From: Macrostomum lignano | Lineage: Eukaryota | Reading direction: 5' to 3' | Assembly (NCBI GenBank): GCA_002269645.1 | Contig: NIVC01000052.1 | Coordinates: forward strand, 1 to 64,000 | Length of the DNA: 64,000 nucleotides | In this document: piece after piece, positions 12,986 through 25,980 of the stretch | Position numbering within the stretch: position 1 is the first letter of the stretch | Layout of the letters: each line of letters starts with the position of its first letter | Translations under genes and position numbers: made by a program | The notes under the pieces: model-generated | Seen by the model: the letters and a program-made list of their open reading frames with translations, nothing else | Database searches by the model: none | Told to the model about the DNA's origin: nothing

Positions 12986-13796
12986 GTGCACCCAAGGACT
13001 AGGACGGGAAACTACGTTTCTTGGAAAATTTGGAGGCAGGTTTCACCGAAACATGCATTGTTGTTAAACGGGGGTGGAAAGCCAGGGGCTGAGGGGCTTA
13101 CCGCGGATCAGCCCTAGAGGGGCTCTACCGCTGGATCTATCAGTGGGCCATACTACCAGGGGCATGTAGCCCGAGAGGCCACGATTGGGACCAGAGCTCA
13201 GGACTCTGGTGAGAACAGGAGCATTGGTGCTACTAGCCCAAACCTACGGTACAAGACACCGCCAACCCAAAAGTGGAATCAGGGACGGTGCTAAGACCGA
13301 GTCCACCCAGGCCACCCACCCAGACCCAGCAGACAAGTCTTCGGGAGTGCGCAGAAAAAATTGGAAATGCGAAAAAAGCTTGGGTTACTACTGAAAGCCG
13401 TCCAAGAGCGGGGAAACCCAGAAGTCTTGGAAAAGGGCTTAACTATTGGAGCGAGTCTGGAAGGCTTGTATCCGAGGGCGAGTCTCCTATCAAGAGTAAA
13501 CTGCCAAACCTCCAATAGGGCTGCAAGCCACAAGGGTATCACCTATCCAGCTCAATATTGGAGGCCAGGCCAAGGGGTCGGGTGTAATGAAACATGCATT
13601 ACAGAGTTTGATTATTAAGAGTTTTAGGTACAGGACTTTTCCTTACGTACATTCCTTACGCATGTACGTAAGGAAAAGAAAGCAATAACAATTTATGCGC
13701 TGAAAAATGAAGACCTCCATTCTCTGTAATGTAGTTTTTCTGTGAAACCTGCCTCCTAAACTTTTCTAAGAAATGTAGAGTAGTCCTTGGGTGCAC
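12986..13796. mobile_element. Foldback (MITE-like) element interrupted by an internal insertion
   Basis: Inverted arms at 12986-13046 and 13742-13796 (gtgcacccaaggacta...ggaggcaggtttcac). Pairing continues inward once the insert is removed. Central perfect hairpin ttttccttacgtaca/tgtacgtaaggaaaa at ~13637-13672. Confidence 0.7.
13060..13588. mobile_element. 529-bp GC-rich insertion with a 12-bp target-site duplication (retroposon-like, unclassified)
   Basis: Direct repeat gaaacatgcatt at 13048-13059 and 13589-13600 flanks the insert. Short gttgtt/aacaac end. Only short, stop-interrupted ORFs. Confidence 0.65.
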
Positions 13797-14876
13797 TCAC
13801 AGGTTCATCAAGCTACCGTTCAATGAAGCCAGAGTCTATTTCGTCATTTTCACATGCAGCTTGTGAAAGCAATTTCTGTTGATGTTGCAACACGCAGCTT
13901 TATTCTTCTCTAGATTAGTTTCAACTGAACTGACCAATCTGCATGATTCACACGTTGAATTTATTCTATATATTTGTATACTACTTAAAGTAGACGCAAA
14001 AAATGCAATACCTATAATTAATTTGACATATTTAGCTAGTACTGGTACTACCCTGTTAATAAATTTTCATCATACGCATAGTTCATAAATAAAATTTGAA
14101 AACGAAATAAATGACGAATGAGAAAAAAATAAGAATATTGATTTTTCATTATTGTTACTAAGGTTTTATTCGAAACCGAAAACTGCAAAGTTAATAAAAA
14201 GCAACTAGCTGATGGCTGAGAAATGCTGACCAATCATTATAGAATAAACTAATAAATTGAAATGATATAAACGCATGTTAATATACTTATAAGGGCAGCG
14301 GGCATACTGTACTAGGAATCAAATTTATCAAGGGATGCAATCAATGTCATACGTACAGTATTAAAAATCACACAAGAAAGCAATCGGATTCAAGGGCAAG
14401 GCCCACTTCATTTACTTTTTATATTAGGAAAATTCGGAATACAGTGGGTACGTACATACTCTGGGGAGCACAGATGAAGGAGAAGCTGCAATTTGAATGA
14501 AGGAGGCGCGCGCTTTCATTGGGTCCTCCTTACTTTCCACTTCAACCTTGCTTTCACACTCCCTACACCCTACAAATAATATCCATACAATCTCATAAGA
14601 GCCTTAGTACAAATATCGCTAAATTTACTACTAATTTTTCTACAATATTCCTATGAATATACCTACAATATTCACACTGATCTCCCTACAATATCCCTAC
14701 GAATCTCCTTACGATATCCCTACGATATCCCTACAATATTATACAGACCTCCCTACAAAATCTCTATAATATCCCTACACTATCCCTACGAATCTTCCTA
14801 AAAATATTCGTTGCAATTTTCAATGAGCAGGTACAATAATGATCAGTTATGACTCAGCACACATGACCAAAGCCAG

Positions 14877-17216
14877 CTACTGCTGAGGCATATGCTTGGG
14901 CCGGACCTCCTGGTCGCTAGTGTACCGAATAAACACGCTGTCTTCAACCCGCTGCTGGCCAGTCGCGCTCTCCTCGCCCTGCTCAAACATATAGGAGGCC
15001 GCCACAGCCAGCATGCTGCCGTCGTCAGCGAATGCCAACGCCGAAATTGATGTTGGAAATTTGTGCAGCTGCATCAGCCGCTTCCGATTGAAGCCGTCCC
15101 AGATGTTAACCATGCAGTCGCTGCCGCCGGTCGCGAACGTGTTAAACTGACGGTGAAAAGCCACAGCGTTCACCGGATGGATTTCCTCCGCGTCCTGGGT
15201 CTTCACCCGGTGGCACTTGAAGGCGTACTTTTTCGCTTGAACTTCCGGATTGGTGTCGAAGAATTCTACGGCCACTCGGCCCTCGATTGAGGACAGGACG
15301 TAGCCCTGCAAGGCCAGGCGATTAGGTCATGAACTGGAAGTTCCAAACTGCCTACTTCCAGTACTATGATGATATAATCACTAACTTACTCGACCTTTGC
15401 TGAACTAAACTACAAGTTCAGCATAATTACTCAGCTTACACTTCCCTGCATATCTCTGCACCCTTGTTCCTAAATCTTCCTTATTCCTCTCCCTACAAGC
15501 TCCTACACCCTGTCCCTTCACTCAACTCCCTACACCCTGTCCCTTCACTTAGCTCCCTACATCCTGTCCCTTGACTCAGCTCCCTGCACCCTGTCCCTTC
15601 ACCCAGCTCCCTGCACCCTGTCCCTTCACCCAGCTCCCTGCACCCTGTCCCTTCACCCAGCTCCCTGCACCCTGTCCCTTCACCCAGCTCCCTGCACCCT
15701 GTCCCTTCACCCAGCTCCCTGCACCATGTCCCTTCACCCAGCTCCCTGCACCATGTCCCTTCACCCAGCTCCCTGCACCATGTGCCTTCACCCAGCTCCC
15801 CAGCCAGATTTCCCCAAAAGTCCCCTCCCCAGCACTTGCCTGTTTATTTGGAAAGCAGCGTAAGCAGCGGGTCTGATATTTCAAGCTGGACTCTCTGGTC
15901 TGCTGCGGCTGAGTCATCTGTCTCAAATCCCAGACAAGAACGTGCCGGCCAGCCGTACCAACAACCAGATGGTGCCCGGCAGTATCCAGGGTGTAAACCT
16001 TGTCCGGCTGCTGGTGCATGGAGCTGAATGCGGGCGCCCTGGTGTCCCAAAGCTTTACGGAGCTGTCCCACGAGCCCGTCACCAGCTGATTCGTGTCCGC
16101 GGAGAAGTGAACGCATCTGATTGGTCGGTCGTGATAGCCGACTACGATATCTGCGGGGCGATCGGAGAGTGCGGTTTTGAAGACCGATTTTTGGGGTGAT
16201 TCGATGGCGAATTTATTAACAATTTTATTAGGTGATATAATACCTATTCTAACGGGTGATATAATGCTGATTCTAATGGGTTACATAATGTCTATTCTAA
16301 TGGGTGATATAAAATTTAAAGCGACAGGAGCTCACAACGTCACCAACCTTTGCCGGCGGTCCAGTCGTAGCCCAGCAGAACGCAGTCCAAGCCGCCACTG
16401 AAGGACCTGGCAGCCTCCTGAGAGGATGAATTTATAATAATTTATATAATAACTATAAAAATTAACAAGCATAAGGGACAACCGACTTTCAGGCTACTAG
16501 CTTGTACACCTGCAGGCTACTACCTTTTACGCCTTCAGGCTAGTACCTTGTACACCCTCAGGCTAGTACCTTGTACGCTTTCGAGCTAGTACCTTTTACG
16601 CCTTCAGGCTACTACCTTGTACACCTTCAGGCTAGTACCCTGTACGCCTTCGGCTACTACTTTATAGAACTTCAGACTACTACTATACACTTCAGGCTAT
16701 TACCTTGTACGCCTTCAGGCTATTACCTTGTACACCTTCAGGCTAGTACCTTGTACGCCTTCAGGCTAGTACCTCGTACACATTTAGGCTACAACCCTAG
16801 TGAACTTTAGGCCTTCAGCTTTGGAGCTTCAGGTTACGAACTCCCCTTCAGGCTACTACCTTATACACCATCAGGCTTTTAGCTCATTAACATTCAAGCT
16901 TCTAAACTTCAGACTAAAAACTCGTTCAGCTTCAGGCACTCATCCGTAAACATTTCCCTAACCCAAGCCAACCCTCAGAGCTCCGCTTGTACCACAAGAA
17001 TCTCACAGAGAAGTCGCAGTCCAACACAGGCTGCTGATGATAGTAGGTGGACCGCAGTGAATTCTTATTCACATCGTACAGCCGCACGGAGCCGTCCCAG
17101 CTGGACACCAGCAGGTGCTGACAAGAGTTCGGCTGGAATTTCACCGCGCTGATGCCGTCTTCCGGCGGCTCCTTCAGGCGCACCTCAGTTTGCAATCCAC
17201 CGTCACCCGATGACAT
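14877..17216 (-). CDS. BUB3: Mitotic checkpoint WD40 protein BUB3 (339 aa, 4 exons)
   Basis: Exons 17216-17007, 16417-16348, 16150-15840 and 15305-14877 join in phase. Diagnostic BUB3 segments: RESSLKYQTRC.RCFPNKQGYVLSSIEGRVAVE, KYAFKCHR and FATGGSD. Intron 3 has a GC donor. Confidence 0.97.
15490..15800. repeat. 27-bp minisatellite in BUB3 intron 3
   Basis: Unit cccagctccctgcaccctgtcccttca, about 11 copies; G-rich on the sense strand. Confidence 0.95.
16490..16870. repeat. ~23-bp degenerate minisatellite in BUB3 intron 1
   Basis: caggctagtaccttgtacaccct; caggct recurs at 16513, 16536 and 16559. Confidence 0.9.
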
Positions 17217-17289
17217 TGCGGTTGCTGAAGTTGCAGCCGGGTAGAGCGGGGTAAGGGCGATTCAAGATGGAGATTATGCAAACCAATAG

Positions 17290-19010
17290 ACGGTAATTGG
17301 AGGCGAATCTAGATAGAGATTAGAGGCGATTCTAGATGGTGATTAGAGGCGAATCTAGATGCAGATTGGAGGCGAATCTAGATGGAGATTATAGGAGATT
17401 CTAGATGGAGATTAGAGGCGAATCTGATGGAGATTAGAGGCGAATCTAGATGGTGATTAGAGGCGAATCTGATGGAGATTAGAGGCGAATCTAGATGGTG
17501 ATTAGAGGCGAATCTGATGGAGATTAGAGGCGAATCTAGATGGAGATTCGAGGCGAATCTAGATGGTGATTAGAGGCGAATCTAGATGGTGTTTAGAGGC
17601 GAATCTAGATGGAGATTAGAGGCGATTTTAGATGGAAATTATAGGCGATTGTAGATGGAGATTAGAGGCGATTTTAGATGGAAATTATAGGCGATTCTAG
17701 ATGGAGATTAGAGGCGAATCTAGATGGAGATTAGAGGCGATTCTAGATGGAAATTATAGGCGATTCTAGATGGAGATTAGAGGCGAATCTAGATGGAGAT
17801 TAAAGGCGAATCTAGATGGTGATTAGAGGCGAATCTAGATGGAGATTAGAGGCGAATCTAGATGGTGATTAGAGGCAAATCTAGATGGTGATTAGAGGCG
17901 AATCTAGATAGAGATTAGAGGAGATTCTAGATGGAGATTAAAGGCGAATCTAGATGGAGATTAAAGGCGAATCTAGATGGTGATTAGAGGCGAATCTGAT
18001 GGAGATTAGAGGCGAATCTAGATGGTGATTAGAGGCGAATCTGATGGAGATTAGAGGCGAATCTAGATGGAGATTCGAGGCGAATCTAGATGGTGATTAG
18101 AGGCGAATCTAGATGGAGATTAGAGGCGAATCTAGATGGTGATTAGAGGCGATTCTAGATGGAAATTATAGGCGATTCTAGATGGAGATTAGAGGCGAAT
18201 CTAGATGGTGATTAGAGGCGAATCTAGATGGAGATTAGAGGCGAATCTAGATGGTGATTAGAGGCAAATCTAGATGGTGATTAGAGGCGAATCTAGATAG
18301 AGATTAGAGGAGATTCTAGATGGAGATTAGAGGCGAATCTAGATGGAGATTAAAGGCGAATCTAGATGGAGATTAAAGGCGAATCTAGATGGTGATTAGA
18401 GGAGATCAGACTCTAGATGGAGATTAGAGGCGAATCTAGATGGAGATTAGAGGCGATTCAAGATGGAGATTAGAGGCGAATCTAGATAGAGATTATAGGT
18501 GATTCTAGATGGAGATTTGAGGCGAATCTAGATGGTGATTAAAGGCAAATCTAGATAGAGATTAGAGGAGATTCTAGATGGAGATTAGAGGCGAATCTAG
18601 ATGGAGATTAAAGGCGAATCTAGATGGAGATTAAAGGCGAATCTAGATGGTGATTAGAGGAGATCAGACTCTAGATGGAGATTAGAGGCGAATCTAGATG
18701 GAGATTAGAGGCGATTCAAGATGGAGATTAGAGGCGAATCTAGATAGAGATTATAGGTGATTCTAGATGGAGATTTGAGGCGAATCTAGATGGTGATTAA
18801 AGGCAAATCTAGATAGAGATTAGAGGCGAATCTAGATGGAGATTAGAGGAGATTCTAGATGGTGATTAGAGGCGAATCTAGATAGAGATTAGAGGCGAAT
18901 CTAGATGGAGATTAGAGGCGAATATAGATGGAGATTAGAGGCGAATCTAGATGGAGAATGGAGATTAGAGGCGAATTTAGATGGAGATTAGAGGCGAATC
19001 TAGATTGAGG
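17290..19010. repeat. 23-bp satellite immediately upstream of BUB3
   Basis: Unit ggcgaatctagatggagattaga, about 75 copies. Confidence 0.95.
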
Positions 19011-19649
19011 AGATTAATGTTTGATTGAGAATTTGGTGCAATTCCAGATAGAAAATGTTAACTATTTTTTCGTTAATTAAAGTAACAAAATAAATAATAT
19101 TAAATATGATATTAAGTTGAAAACGCGATAATCTCAATTATCAAGACAGTAACACATTTAACATTCCTACTAAATACAAAACAATTATCTGCAAACCAAT
19201 AGATACAATTAAATAAATTTTGAAAAGCAAATTTCAATGACCTTGATTAAAGGTTGAGCAGTGTAAGTACAACGGAGCACTTTGTATCTTAAATAGAAAG
19301 TGAATTTATGTTTAATAAATTGCAACAGAAAAAAACAGAATGAAAAAGTCCGGACTGAATGCGTTAGTAAAAAAAGATTAAGTAGTAATACTTTAGCCTT
19401 TAATTATGGCGTTTAATAGTTGCTTTTACAACACAACAGCACTTGCATGCCGATGGGTGACACTGGAAGTTTACAGGACAAACAGGACATATTAAGTAGG
19501 TTGTGCGGTCATTATGCATACACATACATACTCGTATTACATGCAATACACTGTCTATGCGAGTAAAAGTGCAAACATCCCTAGCACAGATGAGGAATGC
19601 AATAATAGAAAATTAAATTTTCAGGGGCCTATTTGCAGGGACCTATAAA

Positions 19650-20635
19650 AGTAGATGAAGATAGAGAAAGTAGAGAGGGGTAGATGGAGATAGAGAGGGT
19701 AGAAGAAGATAGAGGTAGAGGAAGATAGAGGGTAGAGAGGGGTGGATAGAGATAAAGGGGTTACAGGGAGATAGAGAGGGGTAGAGGGAGATAGAGAGGG
19801 TAGAAGAAGATAGAGGTAGAGGAAGATAGAGGGTAGAGAGGGGTGGATGGAGATAAAGGGGTTACAGGGAGATAGAGAGGGGTAGAGGGAGATAGAGAGG
19901 GTAGAAGACGATAGAGAGAGGTAGAGGGAGATAGAGAGGGTAGAAGACGATAGAGAGAGGTAGAGGGAGAAACAGATGGGTAGATAGAGATAGAGGGGGG
20001 GTAGAGGGAGATAGAGGAGTAGATGGAGATACAGATGGGTAGATGGAGATAGAGGGGGGGTAGAGGGGGATAGAGGGGTAGAGGGAGATAGAGGGGGTAG
20101 ATGGAGATAGAGGGGTAGATGGAGAGAGAGGGGTTAGAGAGGGTAGAGAGGGGCAGAGGGAGATAGAGAGGGTAGAAGAAGATAGAGGTAGAGGAAGATA
20201 GAGGGTAGAGAGGGGTGGATGGAGATAAAGGGGTTATAGGGAGATAGAGAGGGGTAGAGGGAGATAGAGAGGGGCAGAGGGAGATAGAGAGGGTAGAAGA
20301 CGATAGAGAGAGGTAGAGGGAGATAGAGAGGGTAGAAGACGATAGAGAGAGGTAGAGGGAGATACAGATGGGTAGATGGAGATAGAGGGGGGTAGAGGGA
20401 GATAGAGGGGTAGAGGGAGATAGAGGGGGGTAGAGGGAGATAGAGGGGTAGAGGGAGATAGAGGGGGGTAGAGGGAGATAGAGGGGTAGATGGAGATACA
20501 GATGGGTAGATGGAGATAGAGGGGGATAGAGGGGTAGAGGGAGATAGAGGGGGGTAGATGGAGATAGAGGGGTATATGGAGAGAGAGGGGTTAGAGGGGG
20601 GTAGAGAGGGGCAGAGGGAGATAGAGAGGGGTAGG
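19650..20635. repeat. Purine-rich (GA/G) degenerate tandem repeat
   Basis: gagggagatagagaggggta-like units with internal block duplication. ORF 19761..20759 is its antisense translation. Confidence 0.9.
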
Positions 20636-21228
20636 GAAAGTTAGTGGGAAGCAGTGGGCAGAGACACTGCATAATCAGCCACAGGGTTCCGCCTGCGATC
20701 AAATTCGAATCATAAAAACGGAGATGCAATTCGAACCAGCAGGCGGCTGCTACATGCAAAAAATCAATGAGACAAATAAATAAACAAATCTAGCGAAGCG
20801 TACATGCAAACGATTTATTAGTAGAAAATTAAATCGCGATAAACGATACAAATAATAAATTAATAATTAATAATACTCGAGAGTTGTGTGACAAAAAAGT
20901 GACTTGGTAATTAAAAAGTGTGGTGTACAATAAGAGGCGAAAAAAATAGTGTTACACAGATTGGCTTCGACTAGACTATTTGTAAGGGTCAACAATAAAT
21001 CAATCAGAGAGAGAGTTCAAAATGCCATTTAATCAATCAAAGTTGAGTAATTAAGTATCGAAAATACTCGTAGAAATAAAATATTATGACTGGAGCAACT
21101 ATCTGTTCCCCTTATATCAATAAACATTAACAATAGATAACATAATGAAATAATCACATTGGAGTAATACGCTACTGTTAGTAGGAATAAGCGCATGAAA
21201 TATGCGAATCGGGTCAATTATGTTTGCC

Positions 21229-24200
21229 TCACTGCTCCTTCGCGTGGCCATTGATGGAACCGGGGCTTAGATCCTTAGCCTCGGCATCGGCGGTCTGGCT
21301 CTCGGCGACAACCGAACTTCGACAGTCGATGGACCAAACAATGCTACGATAAACGCTAGTCAAGCACTTTCCAAATATGGTCACCAGCAGGGTCTGGTGG
21401 AACACCGCCCATTGGCGATAGTGCAGGCCGCGGAACGGGTCCGAAATTGCTGGGCACATGATGTTGTCCAGATTCACCAGAGTCATCTGCGGAATTGCAG
21501 GCCATAACCATCTATGCATGACCGCATCATATCCGTCATAATCATCTATCTTTGAATGATCGATTCGGGTCATAAACCGCATCAAAATGGGTCATAGTCC
21601 TCCATTCCCTAACTGCATCAAAATGGGTCATAGCAATTCATTCTGAAAAGACCATATTGGTCATAATCCCTGTTCTGCCATAAAAAATCGGTCATAAACC
21701 CCAGTAGCCACAAAAACGGTAATAACCCCCAATAGCCATAAACAAATCGGTCATAGGCCTAACCCCCAGTAGCCATAAACAAATCGGTCATAACCCCCAG
21801 TAGCCACAAAAACGGTCATAACCCCTAATAGCCATAAACAAATCAGTCATAACCCCCAGTAGCCATAAACAAATCGGTCATAACCCCCAGTAGCCATAAA
21901 CAAATCGATCATAACCCCCAGTAGCCATAAATAAATCGGTCATAACCCCAGTAGCCATAAACAAATCAGTCATAACCCCCAGTAGCCACAAAAACGGTCA
22001 TAACCCCTAATAGCCATAAACAAATCAGTCATAACCCCCAGTAGCCATAAACAAATCGATCATAACCCCCAGTAGCCACAAAATCGGTCATAACCCCAGT
22101 AGCCATAAACAAATCGTTCATAACCTTCCATTTTCTCTATAATTTTTCAGTTAATAAGGCGCATGAGCACAATATGGTAGCAGAGTTTAAAATCCAGGCT
22201 ATGACTTAGTCGAGCCTCGCAGCAGGGCGTATGGCGCCACATTCAATGATAAGCAAAAGTCAAAAGTCAGGCGTTCACGCAGAGTCCACACACTGGCTTA
22301 TCAAGAGGCGCCGGTAGTTGCAGATCAAAGTATATATAATTATAGATAAGTATATTAACGTAAAAGTGAATATAAAAGTATTACACTAACAAAGTACACT
22401 CGATATGCCCCACTGCAGTAAGGGAGAGCGAAGTCGCACTGCACTGCTAGCAGTTTTATTCCAACTTTTATATCATCTTGAACACCTAGCAATTAGAACT
22501 TGCAATCAGATTTGAAAGAAGTCGCAACCAGAATTATGAAACTGGCAAATCAGAATTCAGATAATAATAATAATTGATTACACCTGACAGATGTGCAACC
22601 GACAGCTCAGCCGCAGCTATTGAGCGGCGCATCTGAAGACTGCGTACGGCTGTTCAGTAAAGGGACTGGGGGAGTCGCCACACACACCCTCTCAATTACC
22701 CCAGCTAACGCTGGCACCCATTTTACAGCTGGGTGAACTGAAGCGATGCAGAGTGTCTTGCTCAAGGACAAGGACCTTTCAGTCGTGAGTTTGACGCACT
22801 AACCACTAGGCTAGGGGGGGCCGTAGCCCAGCGGTAGCGCAGCTGCTCTGATGTGCCGCGACCCAGGCTCGATTCTAAGTGCAGTCGCATTAATTTGGGG
22901 CTGAATTGGAATCTCGGCTTGGCTCGCTTGTGCAATTAACGGCCTCGAGAGCCAACCCCCCAAGGCGCAGTGAAGTGTACATGCCTAACAATTGATAAAG
23001 TTAGGGCCGCTGTACACTCCTGTGTGAGTGTGTGCCTGCGTACGTATCCACGCGCTTGTATGCCTGCTCAGGGGAGTCGGCGGAATGGGCAGTAATGCCT
23101 CTCGCCGGTTGTGTGCCTATGTCGCCTAAAGTGCGCCAGGGTGCACACAACCCCCCTGCCTCTAATAAAAAAAACCACTAGGCTACAACCCCGTATAGAG
23201 ATAATCAAATAAAAAACAAGAGCAACTCACGCATGAGATCGGTTGCAGCACTACAAAATGATAGATGCTCTGCACCGCCTGGGCCAGTATAACCCAGGAG
23301 AAGTCCAGCATCGGCTCCGTAGTGAATACGCCTGCAATAATTAACGGTTTAAGAGAGCATTGCGCTGCCAATCTACATATATAATCAGTTCACTCTAATA
23401 AGTGCCATTAAGTAAGCAGTCTGTCATATAATAGTATTAAAGGGTTGCAGTTATCACTGGCACTGCTAGTAACAGGACACGGATGGATACTCCACCACCC
23501 AGACAGCTCCCAGCAATGGACAAGTTCTAATTATTTTAAAATAGCACGAGACATGCAACAGTGACAGCAGCAGTGCAAAACAAGTAGAGTATAGGAATGC
23601 TTCCGCCCCATCCCCCTCGTTCCAGAAGAGCAAGTTCGGAAGGCTTAGAGTTACAGAGGGAGAGATAGGAAAGAGCTCAGGAAATGTGAGAAGTTAGTCC
23701 CTAAACATTTTTGTGTACAGAAAATCCAATATACTAATTTTTTTCTCTATTAACGGGATTGCCGCCCATGTCCTCTATGCTGCCAAGGGAATTTCCTCCC
23801 TGACAGGTCTGTCTGGCTGCACCCAAACCCAGAAACATAAAAATTTCGCAAGTTGCCCTAAAATTTTGTTCTCTACATTTAAGTCCAGCTGGCCGGATGT
23901 GTTTACCCGCTAGCCGGATGTGTTTGCCAGCTAGCCGGATGTGTTTGCCAGCTAGCCGGATGTGTTTGCCAGCTAGCCAGATGTGTTTGCCAGCTAGCCA
24001 GATGTGTTTGCCAGCTAGCCAGATGTGTTTGCCAGCTAGCCAGATGTGTTTGCCAGCTAGCCAGATGTGTTTGCCAGCTAGCCAGATGTGTTTGCCAGCT
24101 AGCCAGATGTGTTTTCCAGCTAGCCGGATGTGTTTGCCAGCTAGCCAGATGTGTTTGCCAGCTAGCCGGATGTGTTTGCTAGCCAGCCGGATGTGTTTGC

Positions 24201-25980
24201 CAGCTAGCCAGATGTGTTTGCCAGCTAGCCAGATGTGTTTGCCAGCTAGCCGGATGTGTTTGCCAGCTAGCCGGATGTGTTTGCCAGCTAGCCAGATGTG
24301 TTTGCCAGCTAGCCAGATGTGTTTGCCAGCTAGCCAGATGTGTTTGCCAGCTAGCCAGATGTGTTTGCCAGCTAGCCAGATGTGTTTGCCAGCTAGCCAG
24401 ATGTGTTTGCCAGCTAGCCAGATGTGTTTTCCAGCTAGCCGGATGTGTTTGCCAGCTAGCCAGATGTGTTTGCCAGCTAGCCGGATGTGTTTGCTAGCCA
24501 GCCGGATGTGTTTGCCAGCTAGCCAGATGTGTTTGCCAGCTAGCCAGATGTGTTTGCCAGCTAGCCGGATGTGTTTGCCAGCTAGCCGGATGTGTTTGCC
24601 AGCTAGCCGGATGTGTTTGCCAGCTAGCCGGATGTGTTTGCCAGCTAGCCAGATGTGTTTGCCAGCTAGCCAGATGTGTTTGCCAGCTAGCCGGATGTTT
24701 GGATGGATACTAGCTTGATTGTTCCGTATAGTGATTAAAATGAACTTTCAAACAATTTCGGCACCCGGAAGCCACTGAAGATGAGGAGATTCGAAGGGAA
24801 ATCTGTACCGGATAAGATGTCATTTTGGATGGAAGCAGAACATGCCGCTAGTACTGTTGCTGTTAATTGTACAAAAAGTACAAATGGTAATGGCTGCTCC
24901 AGAGCTTCACATAACCGCATAGTACGAGTGTAGTATGAATAATTGAGACATGACTTAATTGCTCTAATTTTATATATACGAGCACACATATAATACTCGT
25001 ATAAACTCACCGTCCTTAAAACCGCGCCTGATTAGAAACAGAGGCAGCGCCAAGATGAGCACGTGCTGAGCATAGTAAACAAATACTTCGCCATTTAACT
25101 GAAAATATGCGCGGGTAAATTATTATTTCAATTACATTATGACTTCAGTATTCATTTGCAATAGATTGAAAATCTTTAAATTAGGGATCTCAGTAGGTGG
25201 GAGTCAATGCTGGGGATCTGAGAGTGTTGGGAGTCAATGCTGGGGATCTGAGAGTGTTGGGAGTCAATGCTGGGGATCTGAGAGGGTTGGGAGTCAATAC
25301 TGGGATCTGAGAGTTGGGAGTCAATGCTGGGGATCTGAGAGGGTTGGGAGTCAATGCTTGGGATTTGAGAGGGTTGGGAGTCAATGCTGGGGATCTCAGA
25401 GTATTGGGAGTCAATACTGGGATCTGAGAGTTGGGAGTCAATTACTCACCATTCTAGTGTTAACAACAGGCAGCAACAGAGCGAGCAGAGGCCCATTCAG
25501 CAGGTGAATCATCAAACGGAATAAGCCAGTGGTGCACCGACAAGGTGGCATGAGGAGCAGCACAATCTAAAGTGGTGCGAGACAAAAGGTGAAATAATGA
25601 AAAACTTTGACTCAATTTGAAAATAAGAACATGACTATACCCACCTGTATGATAGTGATGACATGGCAAGGATTCAGCAGCCAAATAATGCTATTAGTGG
25701 ACAACTTGAAGCCAATTTCTATGCCAAACACCAGGGCATGCAGAATCCCTAATATCTTTAAATCAATCTGACTTGGCTGTTGCTGTGCTGTTGCCATGGA
25801 AACTGGTGGCAGATGAATAAATTTCCAGGCTAAGCTAAGCTGAAAAGCAGCCAAAGCTAAACAAGGAATGGTCTCAGCTATCTTTTGCTGCAAACTCAGG
25901 TATTGATGGCATTCAATGCCACCAGCTCCATCAACACTGAAGTTGATTCCAGAGTAGGTCCATCCAAAGAAACTGTGCAT
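21229..25980 (-). CDS. TMEM164: Transmembrane protein 164 (299 aa, 5 exons)
   Basis: Exons 25980-25645, 25566-25450, 25098-25011, 23331-23231 and 21486-21229 are all GT-AG and phase-consistent. Motifs [35 protein letters not shown] and [15 protein letters not shown] match the TMEM164 family, including the conserved Cys (NPCH) and His (YYxQH). Confidence 0.95.
21700..22120. repeat. 31-bp minisatellite in TMEM164 intron 4
   Basis: Unit aaacaaatcggtcataacccccagtagccat. Confidence 0.9.
22560..23192 (-). mobile_element. Older tRNA-derived SINE with a CORE-like body, split by a second SINE
   Basis: Minus-strand head ggggttgtagcctagtggttagtgcg (A-box like), body ccttgagcaagacact...cagctgtaaaatgggt resembling the CORE-SINE domain, and an (ATT)n tail at ~22560-22573. 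Confidence 0.7.
22814..23172 (+). mobile_element. Full-length tRNA-derived SINE with a 13-bp TSD
   Basis: Head gggggggccgtagcccagcggtagcg (A box) ...ggctcgattc (B box-like); A-rich tail aataaaaaaaa; TSD aaccactaggcta at 22801-22813 and 23173-23185. Confidence 0.85.
23897..24700. repeat. 21-bp minisatellite in TMEM164 intron 3
   Basis: Unit gatgtgtttgccagctagcc(a/g), about 38 copies. ORF 23897..24718 is spurious. Confidence 0.95.
25190..25440. repeat. 28-30 bp minisatellite in TMEM164 intron 2
   Basis: Unit gggagtcaatgctggggatctgagagtgtt. Confidence 0.9.

Noticed and set aside
13291-13542. Minus-strand ORF faintly like a DIRS/tyrosine-recombinase N-terminus
   Set aside because: The similarity is too weak, and the insert has a target-site duplication, which DIRS elements generally do not make.
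14877-17216. RAE1 as an alternative identity for the WD40 gene
   Set aside because: RESSLKYQTRC, GYVLSSIEGRVAVE and KYAFKCHR match BUB3 specifically.
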